In this document: piece by piece, positions 26,358 to 32,852 of the stretch | How positions within the stretch are numbered: position 1 is the stretch's first letter | Layout of the letters: each line of letters opens with the position of its first letter | Origin: a virus | Taxonomy: Duplodnaviria > Caudoviricetes | Reading direction: 5' to 3' (one strand) | Length of the DNA stretch: 32,852 nt | Virus record (IMG/VR): IMGVR_UViG_3300048578_000420 | Location: 1 to 32,852 of that record | Made by a program: the position numbers and the translations under genes | The notes under the pieces: generated by a model | What the model was told of the DNA's origin: nothing | Seen by the model: only the letters and a program-made list of their open reading frames with translations | The model's database searches: none

Positions 26358-27380
26358 TATCGAAATTCGTACCCAGTCAATTTCTACAAAGTCATTTACC
26401 GGATAAGGTCCGTTTATACTGTATTTGCTCAAGCGAATACCCAATCTAATGTTTTGAATATCATTCGTTATAATTGGGCTTGTTTCTGATATTAATAGCG
26501 AGGATCCGGATTGCTGTGTTAAGTTGGCCGCTTGAAAATAGAGGCCGTAATTACGTGCCGGATAAGGATCGCTCGAAACGTCAAGCGACAAAAAACTATT
26601 AGTCGCGGCGTAACCTGTTATTTGAGCTTCCACTAATATTTGTTTACCTATCAGGTTATGTGCGTCAACATCAATGAATTTGCTTATTATTGGTTCTGCA
26701 TCCAAACCGTAACCTGATCCATTAATTGTAAATAAAGCCTTTGAGTTTTGAACGCTTACTATTCCATCGGCATAGGAAGTATTACCACCTAAAGCACGCC
26801 AGTTTACTGGAAAAACACCATCTAATCCGGAAACAAAATCATCATAAAACAAAACAGACGGTTCTACTACCGGTGGTTCTTCAATAATAGGAGGCGTTAT
26901 GATGATAGGTGCGGAAATAACAGGCGCAATGCCTGTGATATATTGAGGCTCATGTTTGTTTTTGCCTGTAAGAACAAGCTTATAAAGGTTGCCATCGCTG
27001 CTTGTTTCGCCTTCATTACTATTGAATGACAGGCGCATTTTTTTAACTAGTCGTTTCTGCCCATTGTTGGTAGTATAGATCACACCGATCTTTTTATTTC
27101 GAATGTAGTTGAGCAACTCTAATTTCTCAATTGAGCAATAAGCGTGCGATGATTCGAGCGTTACTTGTACTAATTCGCCAGCATCGCTTTGCTGTGGTTC
27201 AATTGTTGGCGATTTAATATTGGTTAAATCAATTGAGATCCATTCTGCATTTTCTTTTATTGAAGGCTCAAAACATCGTTCAATAGATATGTTGTTGTAA
27301 ACGAGATCCTGCTCTAAGGCTATTAATATTTGTTTATTAATTCCCGGAAGGTTGTCTATGTGTGAATGATGTAAATCCAT
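26349..27380 (-). CDS. Tail-tube-like domain, Pro-rich linker and C-terminal beta-sandwich domain
   Basis: The N-terminal ~150 aa share motifs with 23189..23902. Linker APVISAPIIITPPIIEEPPVVEP. C-terminal domain bounded by LFYDDF and EIDWVRI. Confidence 0.55.
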   Translation of the reverse strand: MDLHHSHIDNLPGINKQILIALEQDLVYNNISIERCFEPSIKENAEWISIDLTNIKSPTIEPQQSDAGELVQVTLESSHAYCSIEKLELLNYIRNKKIGVIYTTNNGQKRLVKKMRLSFNSNEGETSSDGNLYKLVLTGKNKHEPQYITGIAPVISAPIIITPPIIEEPPVVEPSVLFYDDFVSGLDGVFPVNWRALGGNTSYADGIVSVQNSKALFTINGSGYGLDAEPIISKFIDVDAHNLIGKQILVEAQITGYAATNSFLSLDVSSDPYPARNYGLYFQAANLTQQSGSSLLISETSPIITNDIQNIRLGIRLSKYSINGPYPVNDFVEIDWVRISIVP

Positions 27381-27428
27381 AATTACTAATATTTTGCGGT
27401 ACTATTTTATGCGTGCATTTAACATATA

Positions 27429-28040
27429 TTAACTAAATAGCGATAATTGTTTTGAACGCTTACTCAAGTCCGGTAATTTGAAATGTTTGCGAAGTGAAAT
27501 GACAGAACGATGGTTCGACATTGCCGATCGGCGTATATCATCAAAGTTTTCTTTAAAGAGAATTTCCTTTTCTTTAGACCGTTTCCAATTTTTGCGCAAG
27601 GTTTCGTAGTTCCTTTCTGTCATGTCAATATCATACAATGCTATAAAGGCAAGAATAGCCGTTTGCTGCATAACAGGATTGCCATTACTGTAAGCAGAAT
27701 GTAAGTAAGCATACATGAAATTTCGAAAGATATCATTCATCGCCGCACGTAACTCGCTGTTTACAAGTCTACAACCTTCGTTAGTTAAGTACTTGTATGT
27801 GCGAATATCGGTTATTTCATTATGCGTCAGGCGCACTTTTATCGTCTGCGTTTCGGCACAATTACCAGGTGTATATTTAGGTTTCGAGTTTGTTAAGTGT
27901 CTGAATAGTATTTTGTTAAACTGTTCGCCTCTGCGTGGCGCCAGTAGTTCAATGCCATTTGCCGCTTTCTCTCCATACCTCGACTTCCAAAATTGAGCTA
28001 CAATTTTTTCAATCTCTACATCTGTTGTTATAATTGCCAT
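27429..28040 (-). CDS. Basic hypothetical protein, possible transcriptional regulator
   Basis: C-terminal helical segment AILAFIALYDIDMTERNYETLRKNWKR. Immediately upstream of the late genes. Confidence 0.45.
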   Translation of the reverse strand: MAIITTDVEIEKIVAQFWKSRYGEKAANGIELLAPRRGEQFNKILFRHLTNSKPKYTPGNCAETQTIKVRLTHNEITDIRTYKYLTNEGCRLVNSELRAAMNDIFRNFMYAYLHSAYSNGNPVMQQTAILAFIALYDIDMTERNYETLRKNWKRSKEKEILFKENFDDIRRSAMSNHRSVISLRKHFKLPDLSKRSKQLSLFS

Positions 28041-28154
28041 ATCATCAATGTTTTACTCTATAAAAATACAGCATTTTCGTGCTATTTTATCATGTTTTAG
28101 TTGATTTATCAGCGTAAAAATGCTCATACCGACCAGCCATAAAACAGAAAAAAA

Positions 28155-28490
28155 ACGGAACTTTTGAACTTTTGAACGGATTTAGGTTTAAGTAAAACAT
28201 AATCAGACAGTTGTAAAAGTTCAAAAGTAAAACTGAACATTTCGAACATTTTCGTACTTTTTTTGAACGTATATAAATATCTGTCCCTCAATGAATAAAA
28301 ATCGTGCGCACGATTCGTACACTTTTTATACCATTTTTATATAAGTTACTTTTTAGTAATAAAAAGAGAGAATATATATATTTGAACACCCCCTATGCAC
28401 AAAAGTCCTGTTTTCTTATTTGTTAGAATGGGAGGGAACGGAGGGAAACGACATTCCGAAAAGTGCATAAGTACATTTCGAACGTTGAGC
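28155..28490. repeat. Cluster of TT(T/C)G(A/T)AC repeats and a 16-bp palindrome in a 560-bp non-coding region
   Basis: Copies at about 28162, 28170, 28219 (inverted), 28240, 28250, 28261, 28314, 28381 and 28476. AATCGTGCGCACGATT at 28300..28315. Confidence 0.65.
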
Positions 28491-28520
28491 AAACACCAAA
28501 TAATTGATTTGTAATTACTA

Positions 28521-28567
28521 CAAAAAGAGAGAGCGACCGGAATACCTCCGATCGCTCTCTCTTTTTG
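28521..28567. terminator. Long bidirectional terminator hairpin
   Basis: CAAAAAGAGAGAGCGA-C-CGG...CCG-A-TCGCTCTCTCTTTTTG. Confidence 0.8.
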
Positions 28568-28603
28568 GTCGCTTCGATTAAGCCTTGTAAAGCCTTCTAA
28601 GTC

Positions 28604-29125
28604 TTAAAAGTTAACAACTATACCATTTGCGCCTAATGACGCTCTTTTGATCCACTTGCGTGAGTCGAATGCTATGATTTCGCCAACGATAACAATTGCG
28701 CCTCCCGATAGCATTGTTGCGGGGGATTTTAGAACTATTCCGGCTGTCGATGTTATTAATCCTACAAGACTTACGCCAATGGCGGTGTTAGTCTGACTAT
28801 AGTATTTGCCTAGGCAATAGCGTACATACTCTACGTCTTTACAGCAATCTTTGGTTTTGTCAACGGCAATGTCGGTACTCATTCCACTCTTTAGTTCATT
28901 GTCTCGTTTTGCAAACTCTCGTTTCTTGCTGTTCTGTTCGTTTTCTATGTCCGATTTTTTTATTGTGACGTAGTTGTTGTTAGTCTTTACAATTATCGAA
29001 CTACCATCATCATCCATGACCTGCCCAGTTACGGATGTGCCATCTTGTAAGTAAATCGTTTCCTGCTTTTGTGCCTGAACGTTACATGCTATTACAAGCA
29101 AAAATAAAATGAAGAGTTGTTTCAT
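28604..29125 (-). CDS. Exported/membrane protein (moron-like)
   Basis: Signal peptide MKQLFILFLLVIACNVQA, a small beta domain (TIYLQDGTSVTGQV) and two C-terminal hydrophobic helices. Own -7 box TAGATTTG at 29149..29156. Confidence 0.7.
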   Translation of the reverse strand: MKQLFILFLLVIACNVQAQKQETIYLQDGTSVTGQVMDDDGSSIIVKTNNNYVTIKKSDIENEQNSKKREFAKRDNELKSGMSTDIAVDKTKDCCKDVEYVRYCLGKYYSQTNTAIGVSLVGLITSTAGIVLKSPATMLSGGAIVIVGEIIAFDSRKWIKRASLGANGIVVNF

Positions 29126-29174
29126 GTCTGTAAATCGTTTTTGATAGGCAAATCTATAAATGTTATAACAATTT

Positions 29175-32100
29175 TCAGCTTGTTTTGCGAGAAGATTGTA
29201 TTTGATTCATTTTATCGGTTGTTTCCTTTAGGTGAGAATAACTGATATATGCCTTCATATTGTCTACTTTTTTAGATAATTGGCTCAACGTTTGAATGTT
29301 AGCCATCAACATCTGTTTTAATTCAAGATCGCTGCTAGGCGCCTGGCTAATAGGTGTAACATAACCTCCTTGTACATAACCATGTTTTTGAAAGTTATCT
29401 AACTGACTTACCATTGCGGCGGCAATAGGATTCTTTAATAGCTTTTGCGAAGCTACCCATTCGCCTGCATGCACTATTCCTGCAGGTTTATATTTCGGTC
29501 CCGGAGTAGTATAACCTCCTTCTGCAAAACCATCAGACATTTTGCTCTTTAATTCAGATTTAGCAACGGCAAAGGCTCCTTTTATAAGCACTGCTAATCC
29601 GGCTGCCTTTATCGCTCCTAATAACCCATAAGAGGCAATAGACTCGGGCGAAGCTAACGATCCGGCTGTTGCAACAAATAAAGATTTCGTCAAAGTGGCT
29701 GTTATTTCCTTTTCAAGAAGATCAAGGAACATTATAAATATCTGAGAGCCAAATTCTTCAAAGCTTTTTAGTTGTCCTTGAGCAGCTGCGTCAACAATGC
29801 CTGATAATTGTTCCTGAAATTGATTGACTAAATCAGTTTTAGATTGCCACTCTAACATCGTAATTTCATTTCTGCGTTTTGCGGCTTCTTCTTCTGATAT
29901 AACTCCATTTTTTAAATCATTGTCTACGGCTTCTCGTTGTCGGGCACTACGAAATTCGATTCCGGCAAAAGTCTCATTTGCGTTTTTGTTTACGAAATCG
30001 TAATAATTAGCCTGATTGTCAGACTGCTGCTTTAGCATGCTTATCTCATCAGCCTTTGCCTTCTCTTTTATTTTTAGTTCTTCATCAGCAAGCTTCTTTT
30101 CAAGTTCAATAGTTTCAAGTCCGGCTGTTTTACGCATCGAAATTTCAGCTTTCAACCGTTGAATTTTAATATCAAGAATTTTGGCTTGATATTGCTTCTC
30201 TGAAATAATTCCATTAACGCGATCGGTTCGGGCGTCAAGTTCGAGTTGGTCGTATCCTTGTTGCTCTGTACGAATATATTCATCAACATATTCGCGCCGC
30301 ATTTGTAGTTTTTTATCGGCAATTTGTCGTTCTGTGTCTAACGTATCCTTGTTAAATGATTCTTGAACCATTCGTTTCGATTCCAGCTCAGAGAGATCTA
30401 TTGCCTTTAATTTTTCTAAATATTCTTTTTCGTCAAGTAGGCTGTTTAATCGCTGATCTTTAGCTTTGAGGCGCTGTTCTTCAGCTGCTTTCGAAACGCC
30501 TGCTAAGGCTTCGTCGTAGGGCGATTTTTCGGCTTTTGCAGGTTTGCCTTGAGTGCTTGTGTCTGGTTTATTGTCATTGTTGTTATTGCTGTCATCTTTG
30601 CTTAGTAATGCTCTCTTATGCGCACGAGCTTTTGCTAACAAAGCGGTCAATTCTTTCACCTTTGCAATTGATTCGCCATACCCGAATCCTGTATCGGCTT
30701 TCATTTGCGCTCCGAGTACTTCACGCTGTTCTCCTGCAGGCGCTTGCCTGGCTTTATTTATCGCATCAGTTTGATAATGTCTAAGGAGTACTACTTTTTT
30801 TGATAGTTCGTCAATATAAGCATCAATTTGAGTACTGTCCATCTTATCGATGTTCATTCCTGTTTTAATGATGTCTTGAATTGCTTTCTTTGTCTTTTCA
30901 ATTTCTTCTCTATGTCTGCGTTGAGCTTCAGCGGCTTCGTCAGATCTTCGTTTTAAATCGACTAATGCCCCAACAAGAAGCACAATACCTGCTATAATTG
31001 CAAATATTGGGTTTGCCATCATAGTTGCCCATAATTGAACAAATGAGGCTTTTACTACATTATTCCAAAATACGATAATGGCATCCCATACAATCTTCGC
31101 CTTTGCTGCTATTACTTGCGCATTTACGGCTATTGTTAACGCAACAATTACAACGGTTAATGAGATAATTGTGCCTGCCCATTTCTTTATAAATTCAGGC
31201 GCGCTGATAATTAGCTTGAGTAAAACGTTTACAATGTTTACCGACTTGGCCATTGCCGGATTAAGTCGTTCGCCAATCTCAATTGTTGTATTATGAAACT
31301 CGTTTTTTGCCTGAGCTAATTTTGCTTTAGCAATGTCGGTGTTTACATGCGCCTGTTCATATGCTACATTGGTTCCTGTTACTGCCTTCGTTAAATCTTC
31401 GTAGGCTGCTTTGTTTTGTAGCAAAATAGAACCAACAGTGATGTTTTCGGCACCGAATATTTTTTGTTTAAGGGCGTCTTTTTCGGCGGCCGAAGTGTGA
31501 GTGGCAAGCTTTTTGTTTACTTCGTCAATAGCATCGGCTAAATTGAATTGTCCTGAAGCATAACCTACACCTGCTTCTTTCATCTTGAGTAATGCACCGC
31601 GTAATTTTGTTCCGGCTTCTTCTCCTAATATTTGTTTGCTGGCCAGTACTTCGAGGGCTGCAGTAGTTTGCTCTAACGACATGTTAGAGTCCTTTGCTAC
31701 AGTTCCCACGTTTTTCATTGAGCCAGCTAAATCCGATATTTCAGCACTACCGGCCAACGACCCTGCGGCTAAGGTGTTTACTATTCGTTTGCTTTGATCG
31801 GCACCCAAATTAAATTGATTCATAGCTGCGGTTACGGCTTCAATAGAAGGAACCGTTTCCATTTTACCTGCTTCAGCAAGTATTAACGCTTCTTGAGTTA
31901 CTTGCTTTAAGGCTTCCTTGTTTCCAAGCAATTCGGGGCGCTTTGACCCAACTGTTGTAAATGCTTCAACGATATCGTCGGCACTTGAGGTAATGCGAAT
32001 GTTTCCGGCAACGGTAGAGGTTGACATCTCCTTTGCTTGGTCGCTCAACCATTTTAATTTGTCGCCTGTTAATCCGGTAAGGGCTGATAGGTTCGCAACC

Positions 32101-32639
32101 TTTTCTTCGTATTCATTAGACGCCTCAATTGCTCCTTTTACTCCTAGCGCAAATCCGGTAAATGAAGCAGCTGCAACGGCTATCATCCCGGCATATTTGT
32201 TTATGCCATCGGCCATGCGCCCGAACATGCTCGATTGCTCAACGCCAGACATTTGAGCCTTAACGCTGTTTATTTCTTTACCGATAGTTTTGAGCTGAGC
32301 CGATTTTGTATTAAAATCTTCGGTGTCGCGAGTTGCACCTTTTACTTCTTTCTTTAGCCTAGCGTATGCTGCTTCCATATCTCGCAGCGAGGCCGTTGAT
32401 AGATTATTTAAGACTGTTGAATAATCTTTTGTGCTTTGTCTGAGTTGGTTAAGGTCTTTTTGTGTTGACTTTATTTCGCGATCAACCATGCCCATTCCTA
32501 CAAGGTTATTGCTCGCTTCAAGCTCACGCTTCGTTTGTTTGAGCTCCTGCATTTTAGCATCGAGGCTCTTTATCTTAGCCTCTGCGCTGGTAGTATCGAG
32601 CTCTACTTTCGACCTGCCAATTTCTTCGTTATTAGCCAT
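29175..32639 (-). CDS. Tail tape measure protein (TP901-like core), 1154 aa
   Basis: Coiled coils, the core GEEAGTKLRGALL...KIFGAEN, hydrophobic middle segments, and C-terminal GFAEGGYT..GPKYKPAGIVHAGEWV. Confidence 0.92.
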   Translation of the reverse strand: MANNEEIGRSKVELDTTSAEAKIKSLDAKMQELKQTKRELEASNNLVGMGMVDREIKSTQKDLNQLRQSTKDYSTVLNNLSTASLRDMEAAYARLKKEVKGATRDTEDFNTKSAQLKTIGKEINSVKAQMSGVEQSSMFGRMADGINKYAGMIAVAAASFTGFALGVKGAIEASNEYEEKVANLSALTGLTGDKLKWLSDQAKEMSTSTVAGNIRITSSADDIVEAFTTVGSKRPELLGNKEALKQVTQEALILAEAGKMETVPSIEAVTAAMNQFNLGADQSKRIVNTLAAGSLAGSAEISDLAGSMKNVGTVAKDSNMSLEQTTAALEVLASKQILGEEAGTKLRGALLKMKEAGVGYASGQFNLADAIDEVNKKLATHTSAAEKDALKQKIFGAENITVGSILLQNKAAYEDLTKAVTGTNVAYEQAHVNTDIAKAKLAQAKNEFHNTTIEIGERLNPAMAKSVNIVNVLLKLIISAPEFIKKWAGTIISLTVVIVALTIAVNAQVIAAKAKIVWDAIIVFWNNVVKASFVQLWATMMANPIFAIIAGIVLLVGALVDLKRRSDEAAEAQRRHREEIEKTKKAIQDIIKTGMNIDKMDSTQIDAYIDELSKKVVLLRHYQTDAINKARQAPAGEQREVLGAQMKADTGFGYGESIAKVKELTALLAKARAHKRALLSKDDSNNNNDNKPDTSTQGKPAKAEKSPYDEALAGVSKAAEEQRLKAKDQRLNSLLDEKEYLEKLKAIDLSELESKRMVQESFNKDTLDTERQIADKKLQMRREYVDEYIRTEQQGYDQLELDARTDRVNGIISEKQYQAKILDIKIQRLKAEISMRKTAGLETIELEKKLADEELKIKEKAKADEISMLKQQSDNQANYYDFVNKNANETFAGIEFRSARQREAVDNDLKNGVISEEEAAKRRNEITMLEWQSKTDLVNQFQEQLSGIVDAAAQGQLKSFEEFGSQIFIMFLDLLEKEITATLTKSLFVATAGSLASPESIASYGLLGAIKAAGLAVLIKGAFAVAKSELKSKMSDGFAEGGYTTPGPKYKPAGIVHAGEWVASQKLLKNPIAAAMVSQLDNFQKHGYVQGGYVTPISQAPSSDLELKQMLMANIQTLSQLSKKVDNMKAYISYSHLKETTDKMNQIQSSRKTS

Positions 32640-32655
32640 TGCTTAGTGTTTTTAG

Positions 32656-32690
32656 CGAAAATACCTAAGCCGATAGGTCACAAATGGGAC
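32656..32690 (-). promoter_or_regulatory. Putative late promoter copy C (tape measure gene)
   Basis: GTCCC-N22-TATTTTCG between a terminator and the TMP start. Confidence 0.55.
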
Positions 32691-32693
32691 GAA

Positions 32694-32724
32694 AAAAGCC
32701 TGTATCTAAATGATACAGGCTTTT
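32694..32724. terminator. Intrinsic terminator
   Basis: AAAAGCCTGTATC-TAAAT-GATACAGGCTTTT. Confidence 0.85.
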
Positions 32725-32756
32725 GTTATTTCGTTTATTGGAGTGTTAGGCACAAG

Positions 32757-32852
32757 CTAATCAACGAGCTGGTCTTTTATGTAAAGTCTTTGTTTGAAAG
32801 TTAACTTTTGTTTTTCACCATCAATCCAATGATAATACCAATTTGTTGCCCA
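32757..32852 (-). CDS. 3' end of a gene truncated by the window edge (...WATNWYYHWIDGEKQKLTFKQRLYIKDQLVD*)
   Basis: Open frame from the window end to a TAG just before the terminator. Confidence 0.35.
   Translation of the reverse strand, partial: WATNWYYHWIDGEKQKLTFKQRLYIKDQLVD

Larger units (their letters stand above)
1..32852. mobile_element. Temperate phage/prophage (Bacteroidota siphovirus-like): integrase plus virion morphogenesis and lysis modules; element extends beyond the window
   Basis: Integrase, terminase, portal, S49 protease, capsid, tape measure, tail fibre and endolysin/holin/spanin genes are all present. No host housekeeping genes. Replication and repressor genes and att sites are not seen. 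Confidence 0.95.

Noticed and set aside
4300-32804. Numerous short plus-strand ORFs and nested minus-strand ORFs in the track
   Set aside because: They are antisense or alternate-frame shadows of long coding genes or span regulatory regions, and have no recognisable motifs.
1-32852. Alternative genetic code (stop codon reassignment)
   Set aside because: Long genes are intact and tightly packed under the standard code, and TAA, TAG and TGA all serve as stops.

Overview
The window is a large part of a temperate, long-tailed (siphovirus-like) phage or prophage from a Bacteroidota host. The host assignment is inferred from the TAnnTTTG promoter boxes and the protein families present. A tyrosine integrase on + (1..1164) converges on a minus-strand virion region. 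Read right to left, that region holds the tape measure gene, a membrane-protein moron, a repeat-rich non-coding region, a putative regulator, head genes (S49 protease, scaffold, major capsid), two tail-tube-like paralogues, a GT-A glycosyltransferase, a PLD-fold protein, the terminase, an inserted accessory island, the portal and neck genes, a structured-RNA cassette, the lysis genes (holins, GH108 endolysin, u-spanin) and tail fibre/tip genes. Five observations stand out. (1) A ~3.3 kb candidate anti-defence island between terminase and portal has a duplicated 148-bp promoter/operator, an HTH protein, small acidic ORFs and ArdC-like and SymE-like genes, next to a cos-like G-rich site. (2) A C4/CI-like cloverleaf RNA with its own antisense target leads an uncalled 40-aa ORF. 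(3) A five-copy phage-specific late promoter has the form GTCCC-N21/22-TAnnTTTG-like. (4) A FISUMP receptor-binding-type protein is circularly permuted and nested. (5) A tail-tube-like protein carries an N-terminal membrane anchor. All family assignments come from motif recognition by eye; no searches were run.
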